Shown: positions 22,743 to 35,469 of the stretch, piece after piece | Numbering within the stretch: position 1 is the first letter of the stretch | Layout of the letters: each line of letters begins with the position of its first letter | From: Vairimorpha necatrix | Lineage: Eukaryota | Assembly: GCA_036630325.1 (NCBI GenBank) | Contig: CP142730.1 | Location: 1,116,001-1,180,000, forward strand | Reading direction: 5' to 3' | DNA: 64,000 bases | Position numbers and translations under genes: made by a program | Notes under the pieces: generated by a model | The model's input: only the letters and a program-made list of their open reading frames with translations | What the model was told of the DNA's origin: nothing | Databases searched by the model: none

Positions 22743-23999
22743 GGCTCACCATGCCCTTGTGGGGGTTTCGCTATTTATACTTTACATGTTTGTTTGATTG
22801 TTTGTAAACAAACAAACTACAAGAAGTTTTAGAAAGACCATTCTTAGAAAGGAGTATATTGTATCATTACATGGATATGAATTATTTGTTAAGAATAGCA
22901 AACAAATAATGTGATGAGCTATGTTTGTTTGATAAGGTCATCCGCATATATACTGAAATTTTCATAACAAAGTTATTATAATATCTTTACTGGACTTTTC
23001 GAAACATCTGCTAGAATCTACAAAGTATTTTCTTTTTTAAGTTGTTGAATTGCATTTACGAATGCTTCAATGGTTTTCTAATCATTGTAAATTTATAAAT
23101 CTGTCAAGTTTTCAATATAAATTATATGATAATTTTTGCAAGTGTTTAGAGTTGTTTTGTCGATTTACAGTACCTACAATTGTTACTTTGTCATGAGTGC
23201 CACATTCTTCGTTGACTTAAAGGTTTTTTACACATTTAACTTTTATTCATTTTCTTAAGTTATACTATTTTCCCATTGTATATATTGTGCTGTCTGATTA
23301 AACGATTTTGCGCTGTTTTTTTTCGTAATTTTTTTTTGCCGCCTCCCTATTCTCAAGTTTGAAAAAAAAATCAATAAATTAATGGAATTTAAAATTAATC
23401 GTTATATCAATTTATTACATTATATAACAATAATTATGCAAAATGTATATCCATTCTTCATATTAGATTTAATTTTTGAATAAAAATCTTAGAATATCGC
23501 AATACTAAACAAGCAATCCAAACAACTGCGTTTGTCGAAGAAAAAAAATAGTAAAGATTTTTTAATGTCGCCATCCAGATGAGATGCTTGTGAAAACTTT
23601 ACTCAATAACAATAGAAAACCATTAGAAAACTAAAAGTTTAAGATAATCTGTCTCATTTTGTTGAGTTTCCCTTCATAACTACCAAGATGCAACATGGGA
23701 CATAGGTAAACCGACATGCGTAGATCGGTAAAGATATATATATATATAAGTGTATTATTTCTATCAAATTTAGCATATAAAATGTTTTTTTGATTTTTGC
23801 TTGTATAAATAAATTAAGACTTGTATATAATAGTCGCGCTGCCTTTAGATCAGAATATATATAAGTTAAATATACCTAACTATTTTATATAGTGATATTA
23901 TACAAAGCGAGTTACAAATCGGGGGTTATAAAACATTATTACTCACGACTTACACCAATGTTTGCAAAACACGATTAAAAATTGTTTAGTACAATTATT

Positions 24000-25004
24000 G
24001 GCTAAAGTGAGCTTTAGGTAACGAAAATCGATATAGGGGTTTTTTGCCCCTCTTTTCAAAAATGGAGGAACGAATTCTGACAAGAGAAGAAATCGAAATT
24101 ATATATAATAATTTGTTTAATAAAAACAACCAATATGTACTGTGTGTTATGTTAGGATGAGTTTGGTTATGTAAACGGGATTACCTCATTAAATGTACTT
24201 GGAAGGACTGTAAGAAGACAGTATCTTTATGGAAAGACACTTTCTCTGAAAACAGTAGACTCGATCATATTACAATTTTACAGGTACTTAATTTGTGGAT
24301 TCTTGGCTATCCTCGTAAGAATATTTGTCAATATTTAGGTTGTTCTAAGCGTTCTATATCCTTCATTTAACAAAATTAAAAGAAATAAACATTTTTGATA
24401 AATATTTATCATCTTTGAACAAGATAGGCGGAGAAGAAGTTATAGTAGAAATAGATGAAACTATAATTGGAAAAAACAAATATCTTAGAGGTAAATTAGT
24501 AAAGGGGTTTTGGTGTTTTGGTATGATAGAGCGTTCTCCAGAACGCAAAATTATACTTATATATATTAAAAAAAGAGATAAAGAAACGTTAACAGCTCTT
24601 TCTTTGAAATTTGTAAGTACGAAAAGTACTATATATAGTGATATGTGAAGGGCTTACCATTCTTTGATACAATATTCAATGAACACCACATGGTCAACCA
24701 CTCATTAGACTTTCGAGATCCTAGTACTGGGGTTCATACCAATACCATAGAAGGTAATTGGCGTTCCCTCAAAAATTCTATACCTAATAGAAATAGGTCG
24801 GCAAATAGTGCTAAACTTTATTTATTTAGATACATGCTTCAAGAAATTCAACTAATTCTGTTTTTGATGCATTATTAAATTTATTGTTCTAATCTTTATT
24901 TTTGTTACTTTCTTCAAATTTTCTTTCCTCCATTTTTGAAAAAAGGGGCAAAAAAAACAAATAACCCTATATCGATTTTTGTTACCTAAAGCTCACTTTA
25001 GCCC
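24000..25004 (+). mobile_element. Merlin transposon, second family, with a decayed transposase
   Basis: About 39-bp TIR GGGCTAAAGTGAGCTTTAGGTAAC(G/A)AAAATCGATATAGGG. CAATTATT flanks both ends, so the boundary is uncertain by 1 nt. Confidence 0.92.
24062..24890 (+). pseudogene. Merlin transposase pseudogene
   Basis: Motifs KIGGEEVIVEIDET, TIYSD, HHMVNHS and GVHTNTIEGNW are split across frames. Confidence 0.9.
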
Positions 25005-26646
25005 AATTATTTATTTTTCTGACTTTTACGTTATGTTATGAACACATTAGAATAATATCACGAATCCATGTTCTTTAACCCCTTCTTATTTCTGTATCCA
25101 TTTTGTGCGTACAGACATTGATAGAAAAGAATTATTGTGAATTTTTTCTCTAAAAATCATTTATATTTTAACAAATAAATTTTACTGTAGTAAACAGAAG
25201 ATAAAATAAAATAAACATATTAAAAGGATGAAAAATTTTAAAACTAAAATTATCAGCTATTTATTTAAAATAAAACTAGATAAATATTAGAAAGACTGTA
25301 CAAAAGAAAAAATTTCTCATTTATAATAGATTACGAATATTTAAAATCAATGCTAAATATGTTAGTTTTTTAAAAGAGTATTTGTTTACAAGACAGTTAA
25401 AATTTAAGAATCTTAAAAAAATTCTTTGGGCAAGTAAATAAATTTGAGCGATATTTTGGAAAAATCATAAATGCGCTAAATACAAAATAAAATCATTCAT
25501 ATAAATCATAAGAATAATATTAATAGTGATGATACAACAAACATTTAGTACAATATATATATTAATAATAACGAAGGTAATAACAATGATGGTATTAGTT
25601 ATGATAATATAACAGTTTTTTGTGCTTGCGAATTTTTTTATTAGTTTTCAGATTATTTTTTATAACAATCAATATTCTGATAATTATAGTTCAAATTAGG
25701 TAAAAATCTCATTTTTATATGTAAGTGAGATATCTATTTAATAAATAAATCTTATTTCGGGACATATCCGTATTGTGGTGTAATTAAAAAATAAAACCAG
25801 AAGTACATATTTTATTAGATATTACTTTCAAATTTATAACAAATAAAGCAAGAAGTATATATATAATGTATAGGTAAATTAATCTAAATGTAATTTTAAT
25901 GATTAATATTTTAAATTAAACACTCAAATTCGAAATGAGATTTGTCTTGTTAAAATGTGTAAATTACTTCAGCTTATATTTGTTTTACATTATAAATTAG
26001 TAGTTTTATACAGAAAAAAATTGTATGAAAGAGGTATAAAAAATTTTATATTTTAATAAGAAAGTATTATGAATATATATATACTGTGTTTTATGGTGAA
26101 AACACACAATTCCTCATATTGAAACGTATTGAAATAAATAAAATAGTATATGAAAAAATTATAAACATATTTAGATACAGAATAGCTTAAAATATCATAA
26201 ATTAACTAATGACGAAATATGAGGTATATATATTAAAATAAAATAAATTTTTAATTTTGTAATATACTAATTATGAAGATTTTAATATGAGCATTTAAAG
26301 TATTTAGATAGAAATAATAAAATAATTAATTTATTTATGCAAAGAACATGTTTTTTTATTGCATAAGGTCAAAATTAACATGATGGTATATACAATAAAT
26401 AAAAAGTTATGTATAAAATTATTATTGTCGTAGTTACTTACGCTTAAACCGAGCATTTATAATGCTTGGATATTTCTTTATATTTTTATAATATTTTAAC
26501 CCCATCTTATGGAAGAATAAGCCAATAATACATTTCATTAACAATTATACTTAAAATTTATAGAATTTTAAAGTGGTTCTAGCACATTTGTCGTTTTTTT
26601 TTGATATAATAGAAAAAAATACCCAAAAAGAGCTCCCATTTTAATT

Positions 26647-27417
26647 CTTTGCAAGTATGAGGTAAAGGGAACCCTTAAATACAAGCACGGGAATTTGATT
26701 GTGATTCTTATCTAATTGTTACTATTAGATTCCTACATACAAAAAAATCCGTGTAATTTGCCGAAGCAGCAAACTTCACTGTATACATTAGACTTGAGTT
26801 CAAGAAAATATTGTTCAACCTAAAACTCAAATCGCGTCCAGAGTAATATCATGGTAAATATACTTAACGGTCATAGTTTTCTATAACTCGAAAATATACA
26901 TCGTCGTACTTAATGAAAGGTCCCGACATCGATCTGTATCACGCACGCTTCTTATACCGCCACAAAAGCAACCCGGCATTTTTGTTGGACTACGTTGACA
27001 ACCATTCTCGGCTGATACCGGCTACCTGTTACAGAATCTTGTAAGATAGAGTCAACCCCTTCACATTGCCATATTTTGTTTAGTCTCTCAGTTAACTCTA
27101 GGATCCCACTCTGGAGTGCACCAGCAATGTGGCCCAACTTAGGCCATACCCAGCAGATACTTTTATGTATAATTAAGTCACCACAAGGATGATACAGTTT
27201 TTTGGCCTTAAGTGGCGTTGCTTCACTGGTAGATGCAAATCCCCCAGTGGCTGGACGTACACAAGTTTCATTGAATCAACTTAATGATTATCGTAGACTT
27301 TTTCATCATCTGAGTTGTTCAACTGCACCATAGAAATAGAAACATCCTGGCGCTTTCGAGAATCGAACACAGTCTTGCTCAATGATCGCATCGCCTTCGA
27401 CCACTGGACTGGAGCTC
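26647..27417 (-). mobile_element. tRNA-derived SINE-like element, copy 1 (diverged, near full length)
   Basis: Colinear with 56290-57071 from the CTTTGCAAGTA tail to the tRNA-like head (B-box-like GTTCGATTC on the minus strand). Confidence 0.85.
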
Positions 27418-27546
27418 TTATTTTATCTTTACTGTGTGTTCAAATATATTCTTCTTAGTTTTGCCTTTCCAGTCTTCCTCATAAGAATATTCGTTTTAGC
27501 TCTTCGTTTCTGCTTTTGATTTATGCTGCTTTTTTTTTCTTTACCC

Positions 27547-28149
27547 ATGAATAAGGAAAATGAGTTACTCTTGATGATTAATAATCTTGAGATGGCTTAC
27601 AATCCCGAGTCCCCTAATTACAAATTTAGATTTGTTTTCTACAATAAAGTCTCTTCTCCCTTTCTCAGGCCTGTAGATTTCCCTGAAAAACTCTGGTTTA
27701 ATGCTCTTAAAAAGGACAATACACTAATGCCTGTCTTATTGAAAGGCAAGGAGATAGAATTGAGAAGAAAAAATCAGTTAGATACGCTGAGCAATCTAAA
27801 TATGTCTTATTCCTTCTTACAGAGCAGGATAGACGAGTTGAAGCTCAAGTCCGAGAGGATAAGAAGCAAGTTACAGAGTTCTCTTGTAGTGTACAGGAGA
27901 CTAGTGCACAGTGTCTACAATAAATGTAGAGCAAGGAAGAATAATTGTAATCTCATGAATGATATTAACAAGATCAATACGGAGATAGAGAAAGAAGAGA
28001 TGGAAATCGGGGATAAGAAGAAAGAAGTAGTAATGTATTTATTAGAGATAAAAGGGAATTTACATAAATTGATCAAAAAGATCGATGAAGATTTGTATGA
28101 GCACGAGAGGAAGATTTATGTATTCCAGAATATAAATAAAATAACATAA
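27547..28149 (+). CDS. Nucleoporin Nup54/Nup57-like
   Basis: AYNPESPNYKFRFVFYNKV...KLWFNAL...LMPVLLKG...RRKNQ followed by a coiled coil. CCC-ATG at 27547. Confidence 0.75.
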   Translation: MNKENELLLMINNLEMAYNPESPNYKFRFVFYNKVSSPFLRPVDFPEKLWFNALKKDNTLMPVLLKGKEIELRRKNQLDTLSNLNMSYSFLQSRIDELKLKSERIRSKLQSSLVVYRRLVHSVYNKCRARKNNCNLMNDINKINTEIEKEEMEIGDKKKEVVMYLLEIKGNLHKLIKKIDEDLYEHERKIYVFQNINKIT

Positions 28150-28216
28150 TTTCTAGAAAATATGTCATATGTTAAATTTATAAAAATAAATATTAGCAAA
28201 TTTCTTTTAATTTTGT

Positions 28217-28675
28217 TTATTCGCTTATTATTTCTCCATATTTCATTTTCTTAGTCAAATTCTTAAAATTAAGTCGCCCGTCTTCCCGGCACCCTTTAAA
28301 AAGTAAATCCACGTCTTCATTAGAAAGTGCATCTTCTCCTTTGGTAAGCCACTCTCTCAATTCGTCCTCATCTTGGAATTCACTCACTGCCCTGTAAATC
28401 TCAGACTCAGTGTTTGTCGCGCTAAGCCTTTCCCCGACCATCGTAATAAAAGTCATAAAAGAGAAGCCTTCGCCCATCTCAGACATCATCTCGTCCATTT
28501 CCTTCTCTGAGAAGGGCGAGCCTATTGAATTAGTAAAGGAATCTAAATCTTCCCTTGTTATTGAGCCATCGCTGTTCTCGTCAAGAATGGTGAATGTCTC
28601 TCTTAATTCTACAATTTGATTTTTACCTAACATGTGGAAGATATTTGAACTTTGTCTACGAGATCTTCTCTGCAT
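28217..28675 (-). CDS. Myosin regulatory light chain (EF-hand)
   Basis: RRQSSNIFHML, QIVELRETFTILDENSDGSITREDL, FMTFITMVGERL, KKMKYG. Confidence 0.9.
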   Translation of the reverse strand: MQRRSRRQSSNIFHMLGKNQIVELRETFTILDENSDGSITREDLDSFTNSIGSPFSEKEMDEMMSEMGEGFSFMTFITMVGERLSATNTESEIYRAVSEFQDEDELREWLTKGEDALSNEDVDLLFKGCREDGRLNFKNLTKKMKYGEIISE

Positions 28676-28847
28676 TTCTGGGTAAAAAACAAACAAAGAC
28701 AACACAATAAATATTTAACAAATACAAAATAATATATTTTTAACAAATATAAAATAATATATTTTTTATTTTTCTTATTTGTTCTTTTTTTTTACTAGTG
28801 GCTTTTTGTTACATCTTTTTTTATTAAATTTTCTCTCCTCATCAATC

Positions 28848-29216
28848 ATGAAACTAGACAGTGAAACATCTGATGAAGAAATAAATACTAACACCAAACT
28901 AAATATTCCATCTATGCCTCATATAACCCCAAATAACTACAACAATGACATCCCACCCATGTCTACATACTCATATGAATATTATAACGAACAGGGAGAC
29001 CAGCCAATATATGTAAATATAAAACAACTTGGCTGTATACAAAAGAGGAAAGCGCGTAGAGAATATTTGGACACTCTCATGGCCGAGCATAAGAATAATT
29101 ACTTACATGAGAGCAGGCATCGACATGCCATGCAGAGGAAAAGAGCGCCGACAGGAAGATTTTTAACAAAAGAAGAGAGTAAAAAACTCAATGAGAACGA
29201 AGAACAATATAAATAA
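28848..29216 (+). CDS. HAP2: CCAAT-binding factor subunit NF-YA/Hap2
   Basis: PIYVNIKQ..IQKRKARR and YLHESRHRHAMQRKRAPTGRFLT. Confidence 0.93.
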   Translation: MKLDSETSDEEINTNTKLNIPSMPHITPNNYNNDIPPMSTYSYEYYNEQGDQPIYVNIKQLGCIQKRKARREYLDTLMAEHKNNYLHESRHRHAMQRKRAPTGRFLTKEESKKLNENEEQYK

Positions 29217-29647
29217 AACTAATTTATATGGGTAAAAAATGTATAAGTTTATTATTTTTTAGTATTAATTTTAAGGTTATATGAGATACTAAAGTAAAAA
29301 AAATTATAACAATAATAATTTAATGACATATGACTCGTTTTTAAAAAACATCTTTACAAAATAATACTGTAAATAAATTTGCATTGGAAATACCAAACAT
29401 TTATTGATATTTTAAAATGACCATTTTTAAAATATGAATTAAGTAGATCCAATCACACTAAAAATGTAGAAGCCGATGCTAGTCACACTAAAATGTAGAA
29501 TTTTGTATATATCTTTTTTGATTTTTTAATGTGTCTTAACCAATATATAGCTGAACATATAGAACATTATTATATGTTTATAAATTTATAAACAAATTGT
29601 AAACACATTAAAACATCAATAAACAATTTAAAAGTTAATAATTTATT

Positions 29648-30028
29648 TCAATTAGTCGTAGGAAGTCTGACATAAGAATTGCTCTCTTGACTTTTTCTTG
29701 TTTGATATCCAATAAAAAAGAACAAACAACACGCCACACTAAACATCGCCAATCTAACCATAGAGTGACTGAAAAATATCTCGCTAAATCTTCTCTTAAA
29801 CTTGCTATTATCTAAATCATTTTTTTGTACTTCGTCATCTTCAACTGCAAAAGGTTGCACTTCCCTGTGAATTCTCTGTACAAACAAAGGCTCGGCATAA
29901 GGTCTCATGTGTCCTAAATTGCTATTGTATGAGTAAGGAGTTGAAGATGTCTTAGTGGTTATCATTAAAGCGTGTCTGGGTTCGAATACATAACAACTGA
30001 CTAGATTGAAGATAAGAACTAAAGACAT
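29648..30028 (-). CDS. Small hypothetical protein with signal peptide and TM helix
   Basis: Hydrophobic N-terminus; TM segment LAMFSVACCLFFFIGY. Confidence 0.65.
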   Translation of the reverse strand: MSLVLIFNLVSCYVFEPRHALMITTKTSSTPYSYNSNLGHMRPYAEPLFVQRIHREVQPFAVEDDEVQKNDLDNSKFKRRFSEIFFSHSMVRLAMFSVACCLFFFIGYQTRKSQESNSYVRLPTTN

Positions 30029-30307
30029 GATAATTAAAAAAAATAAAGAAAAAATTTAAATATGAAAAAATGAAACATGTTTCAAAAATGTTTCGAAAGT
30101 GACAAATCAAAGAGAACATGTTTGAAAAACGAGTGGTTATTCAAAACTACGCGCCAAATAAATCTATTACTTTGAATATATTGGCAACATTATAATGTAC
30201 AAATGTATTAAAATAATAATTTGAAATTATTATAATTGAGAAATAAAATCAAAAATTTCACAGAAATATTAAATAATTGTAAAGACTTAACTTGAAATAA
30301 AATTAAT

Positions 30308-32170
30308 TTAATATAAGTGCGACTCCTTAAGGAATTCTTTATAACTATCATAAACCATAATTTCATTATTATAAATTCCTAAAATCTTATCAAATTTCTC
30401 TAAAAGAACATGTTTATGAATTATCGCTATAACTGTCTTATCTGATAAATAAGTATGCATCTTATCAATGAGATTTAACTCAGACTTGGGATCCATGTTG
30501 GCAGTTGGCTCATCTAAAATGAAAATATCTCCATTTTTGATAACACCTCTTAAAAAAGACATTCTTTGTTTTTCTCCACCACTTAAAAATTTTCCATTGT
30601 CGCCTACATCCCGATTTAAATCTTTAAAATTCATATCGTACAAAGTACAAAGCTTCAAAATGTCAGTCTCACTCAGATTCTGACTGTTGTACAATAAATT
30701 GTCTGTTATCGTACCACTTAAAATTCCAGGTATTTGTGGAACAAAAGAGATTTTATCTCTTTGATCAATTTTATAAATATTTCTCATTTCTTGATTATCA
30801 ATAAACAAAGAGCCTTTATAATCCCTGTACCTTAAGAAAACATTTACTAAGGTAGATTTACCTACTCCATTTTTGCCAACTAATCCTACTTTTTCACCTT
30901 TTTTTATTGTAAAATTTGCCGGATTAGTTAAAATTCTATCTTCAATACACAAAACAAAATCTTGAAATTTGATGTGTTCATTTAATACAAATTTCTCTCT
31001 TCCATCTCCATTTATTTTCACTTTCTGTGTCTCTATTATTGTTTTTTTTATAATATCGAAATCTTTAATGTCTCTACTTGAAATATTTTTTATTAATACG
31101 GGTTTCTGATCTTTTATTTCAACTGTTTGTTCTATATTTTTAACTTCTATGTCTCTATTATCAGTATGTTTGTATTCAAAATACATTTCCATATTTTCAA
31201 TATCATAACGTATTTCGTCCCAGTCATTATTTCTAATATCTGTGTAATATTGGGAAAGCATAGTGTAGTGGGTTTTCAAATGATTAAATTTAGATTTTAA
31301 CTCACAGAACAGCTTGTTAAACAAAATAAACTCTGCTGCGTTTTTTATATCGAGATAAGCATTCTTTTTTAACATTAAATAAAAAATAAACCCATTAGGT
31401 ATTATCACGACACTTCTATTAATAAAACCACCAAATGAAGACAAAAACGCGGAAAAAATACCATAATATCTTATATTTCTGAGTTGTGTATCGAAAATTT
31501 CTATTTCTTTGCTTTCATTATTAGTAGCCTTAATAATATCATAATTATAAATAATTCTATACAAATTTTTAATGACTTTGTCATATTTCTCTGTATATTT
31601 ATTTCTAATAACATTCCTGAACTTAGTTATCGGGACTGTTAAACTTACTACTGTTACTAAAGCACTCAAAGAATAAAGTGTAAGATATATATTAAAATAA
31701 ATATACATCATAACGATAACTGAAATAGCAAATGATAAATTATAAGAAAAAGAAAATAATAAAAGATGAAAACCATGAACATAATGAAAAACTTTTCTGT
31801 CTATAATACTTCTAATACTTGATGGACCAATTTTATAATAAGTCGCTTGATTAAGATTTAAAGCTTTTAAAATGTAAAAACATATACAAATCCTGTAACA
31901 TTTAGTCAAAAAATAATCAGAAATTATTGGCAACAAGTACACAACAATGTAGACACCTAAAATCTTAGCTGATTTAGTCATAAGAAGTTTGACACATTCA
32001 TCTTTTTTTGAGAAATTTCCAATATTTTTCAATAATTCAATTTCATCAAAAAAAGCAGTCACTTCAACATAAGCGAACATTGTAACTAAAGCTAAAACTA
32101 CAAATACAAAACTTTTATAAATTTTGTAATCATTTAGAAAATTAATCAATATTTTCAAATCTTTATTCAT
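30308..32170 (-). CDS. ABC half-transporter (ABCB/ATM1-like)
   Basis: TM domain plus GKNGVGKS, LSGGE, ILDEPT. CCCC-TA-ATG start. Confidence 0.9.
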   Translation of the reverse strand: MNKDLKILINFLNDYKIYKSFVFVVLALVTMFAYVEVTAFFDEIELLKNIGNFSKKDECVKLLMTKSAKILGVYIVVYLLPIISDYFLTKCYRICICFYILKALNLNQATYYKIGPSSIRSIIDRKVFHYVHGFHLLLFSFSYNLSFAISVIVMMYIYFNIYLTLYSLSALVTVVSLTVPITKFRNVIRNKYTEKYDKVIKNLYRIIYNYDIIKATNNESKEIEIFDTQLRNIRYYGIFSAFLSSFGGFINRSVVIIPNGFIFYLMLKKNAYLDIKNAAEFILFNKLFCELKSKFNHLKTHYTMLSQYYTDIRNNDWDEIRYDIENMEMYFEYKHTDNRDIEVKNIEQTVEIKDQKPVLIKNISSRDIKDFDIIKKTIIETQKVKINGDGREKFVLNEHIKFQDFVLCIEDRILTNPANFTIKKGEKVGLVGKNGVGKSTLVNVFLRYRDYKGSLFIDNQEMRNIYKIDQRDKISFVPQIPGILSGTITDNLLYNSQNLSETDILKLCTLYDMNFKDLNRDVGDNGKFLSGGEKQRMSFLRGVIKNGDIFILDEPTANMDPKSELNLIDKMHTYLSDKTVIAIIHKHVLLEKFDKILGIYNNEIMVYDSYKEFLKESHLY

Positions 32171-33041
32171 TAGGGGTATCTTATAATATTTTTATTTATA
32201 AAGAAAAATAAACAGATATTGTAAGTAAAGGAGAAAAAAACAACATTACCGTTTTTAATCAAAAATTAATTTTAATTTTTTATTAAAAAACAAATCTTTT
32301 ATAAAATGAACAGAATTGTGTCATAAAAAAAAGTTAAAATAAATATTTTTAGTTTTAATTTATAAAAGCCGTTAAACTGAATTTAATATAAAATTAATAT
32401 ATTGAAAGACACATTTGACATGTCAACGGTCAATTCGAAAAGTATTTAGCCTCGTCATATTGGATTTAATAGTGTTTATAATAGCCCTTGATTTTTACAT
32501 ATAAATATTCAAATCAAAAGAAAAGGAGAAAAAATATTTCTACTCCCCTTTTGTAATGTTTGTTTTATAGAATAAGGCTATTTTTATAATTTTCTGCTTT
32601 TTGTTTATAAAAGCAACAAACTAGTCACTAAATTAAATAGTACAATTTAATGCTATAATTTACAGACACGATTTCTTTAAAACTCTTCTTAAGCTTATAT
32701 GAGGGTAAATTTTTACGTTTTATAATTTTAAAAAATGTCAAACTCTCAATATGTCCAACTGTCGCCCATCCATTTTAATGTCATGTATATTGTATATGAC
32801 TTTGATCATGTGATCAAAGTCTTACGCTTTTTGGTATTAATAAAAGCAGAATCCAACTGTTTTATTTACTAATTTGAGAAAATGATTAAGTATTTCATAA
32901 TTCGTTATAGAAAACAATAAACAATAAATTGGCGGGAAAAAATATTTAATTTTAAAATGCTTAATTTTGTTTAATTTAGTTTAATATTAATTTTAAAATT
33001 TTCTGATAATTTTTTAAAAATGAAAACATCTGTACCCCTTT

Positions 33042-34763
33042 ATGAATGAAGACCATAAGACCTTGACTTATCAACAGTCTATAAAGTACACTTTAAATTT
33101 CATTTACCATAATCCATTATTTAAAATAGTATTAGTTCCAATAATATTATTATCAGTAGCAGCTGCTACATTCGGAATTGTAGTATTGGAAGTTATAACA
33201 GACATAGAAAAATATTTTGTATGTGATTTGAAGTCTGAAAGTGCTTTCAATTTGATGATTAGGTACATGTCTGCCCCCTTTTTTCATTATATTTTAATTA
33301 TGTTAAATGATGTTATTGTTGCGTTCTTTATTTCTTCTGTTCTAAGACAAGCCTTTTGCGCATTTACTAATGAATATGTCTTAGTTAATTACGACAAATT
33401 TCACTCTCTCGGGTCTGGACAGATACACGCTATAATACAAAGAAGATTAATAGCAATAGAAGAATTTATTAGATTATTAATTACAAGCGTATTACACGAT
33501 TTTATATATGTTTTTGTAGCATTTAGTAAAATGTTTACTGACATAGAAAAAAGATTATTTTATTCAAATGTCGCAATGTTCGTTTTTTATTTAATAATAA
33601 TTTATTATATCATGAAAATGAGAGTATCTTTTAGATTGAAGTTTAATCAAGCTTATAATTTAGTCTCAAACACATGCTATGGCATTTTAACTAATTATGA
33701 CGTCATCAAGTCATATACAAATGAAAAATTAGAAATAAAAAATTTAGATAAAAAACTGGAAGTAGTACAAGATAAAAGTATAGTATTTGATTGTTTAACC
33801 ACATTTGCTGAATTAATACAGAAAATAGCACTGGTTATTCCCAATGGTCTGATTTTATATTTAGGGATGTGTAAAATTTTTTTCGTCGAACTAAGTGCGG
33901 CCGGGAAATATTCGTTATATAATAAAATATTTTTAGAAGTTAAATCTAAAATAGCCAAAATAACTCAAGATTCATTAAAAATCACAAGATATTTGACTGA
34001 TATTTCTGATTCCAGAATAGTAGAAGCCAAATTAGACGAAGAATATAAAGGCCTGCCTATAGACACTTTTAAAAGATCTATAGTATTAAAAAGGGTATCT
34101 TTTTATATAAAAGACATAAAAATATGTTCTAATGTTAATTTGACGATTTTTAAAGGTGAAAAAGTAGCGATAGTGGGTAAAAATGGCAGTGGTAAGTCAA
34201 CTTTGTTTAATGTTTTACTAAGAATGAGGGACTACAAGGGAAGTATTCGTATTGACGATATGGAAATGAGTAATATTTCCAAATATGATCAAAGGCAAAT
34301 AATTTCTTATATTCCTCAGAATCCTGGTATAAAAGAAGGCACTATTCTTGAGAATATTAAATATGGCAAGGAAGATGTTACGAATGAAAAAATTATCCAA
34401 ATTTGCAAAGATTTTGGATCTCATAAAATATTTTCAGAGTTGCCTGATGGATATGAAACTGAATGCGGGGAAATGGGCAAGTACCTAAGTGGAGGACAAA
34501 AACAGAGACTTAGTTTTATAAGGGGAGTTATAAAGAATGCAGACATTTTTATCTTTGATGAACACACATCCAATTTGGACACGTCTGGTCAAAGGGAGTT
34601 AGTAGATTACATTTTTACTTTATTAAAATTCAAAACTTGTCTCGCAATTTTACACAATCAAGAAGAATTGCCCAAATTTGATAAGATCATTGGGCTATCT
34701 AATGGGAAAGTTAGAGTATATGAAAGTTATAATTCTTATTTAGAAGACATTCATTTATATTAA
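33042..34763 (+). CDS. ABC half-transporter (ABCB/ATM1-like), divergent paralog
   Basis: Motifs GKNGSGKS, LSGGQ, IFDEHT. Shares IPNG and the terminal HLY* with its neighbour. Confidence 0.9.
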   Translation: MNEDHKTLTYQQSIKYTLNFIYHNPLFKIVLVPIILLSVAAATFGIVVLEVITDIEKYFVCDLKSESAFNLMIRYMSAPFFHYILIMLNDVIVAFFISSVLRQAFCAFTNEYVLVNYDKFHSLGSGQIHAIIQRRLIAIEEFIRLLITSVLHDFIYVFVAFSKMFTDIEKRLFYSNVAMFVFYLIIIYYIMKMRVSFRLKFNQAYNLVSNTCYGILTNYDVIKSYTNEKLEIKNLDKKLEVVQDKSIVFDCLTTFAELIQKIALVIPNGLILYLGMCKIFFVELSAAGKYSLYNKIFLEVKSKIAKITQDSLKITRYLTDISDSRIVEAKLDEEYKGLPIDTFKRSIVLKRVSFYIKDIKICSNVNLTIFKGEKVAIVGKNGSGKSTLFNVLLRMRDYKGSIRIDDMEMSNISKYDQRQIISYIPQNPGIKEGTILENIKYGKEDVTNEKIIQICKDFGSHKIFSELPDGYETECGEMGKYLSGGQKQRLSFIRGVIKNADIFIFDEHTSNLDTSGQRELVDYIFTLLKFKTCLAILHNQEELPKFDKIIGLSNGKVRVYESYNSYLEDIHLY

Positions 34764-34887
34764 ATTAAAACATTTAACTTTAATAATTTGTTGTATTTAG
34801 TAAACAAAATCAGACATTTATTATATTGCAAAAAAATTTGTTAATTTACAGTTACATTTCAATACTAAATATAAATTAAAGTTTTGT

Positions 34888-35469
34888 TTAATTTTCTGAT
34901 TTTTTATTAGATGCCTTTCTTCCTTTCATTCTAATTCTCTTCTCTCCACCACGTTGCTTCTTATTAGCTCTTGGTAAAGTTGTAGATCCTTTCTGACCAG
35001 GAGATTTTCCCCAATATTTAGCGCTCTTTCTCTTCATTCTGTCTCCTTGAATTAAAACCATATTGTTGAGATCTGAGCAAATTTTAAATAATTGATCTAA
35101 AGTAAAGAACTTTCCACTAGATCTTTCTACTTTTTCTTGTACAGATTTGGACCAGTCTAATGCTACGATCCTCATAGGTGGTAAAGTAACAAGCCTTTCA
35201 TCATCTAAAACTTTCCCGACAACAACGGCCACTTTGTCACTGTCTTCATTTAGAGACTTGACGATCTCGGAGACGCGTACAACTGGACGATCTTTGTTTG
35301 ACATTGTAAGACGCTTGGCTATTCTCTTGATGTCATCGTTTGAACAGTTCTTTGCTACTTTAATGTAGAAATCGGCAAGAGACTGCAAAAGTGGATTGGG
35401 AGATTTCACAGTCTTTCTTTTAATGACTGTGGATTTTGGTATTATTTTTTTAGCAAAAGTAATGGCCAT
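34888..35469 (-). CDS. RPL18: 60S ribosomal protein L18 (eL18)
   Basis: [35 protein letters not shown]. Confidence 0.93.

Noticed and set aside
22743-23712. Possible further element with weak inverted ends (GGCTCACCATGCCC / GGTTTACCTATGTCCC)
   Set aside because: The match is poor, with no TSD and no recognisable transposase.
27430-27548. 39-aa basic minus-strand ORF (MGKEKKSS...) overlapping the Nup54/57 start
   Set aside because: It is short, has no recognisable homology and is explained by the CATG palindrome and a T-rich promoter.
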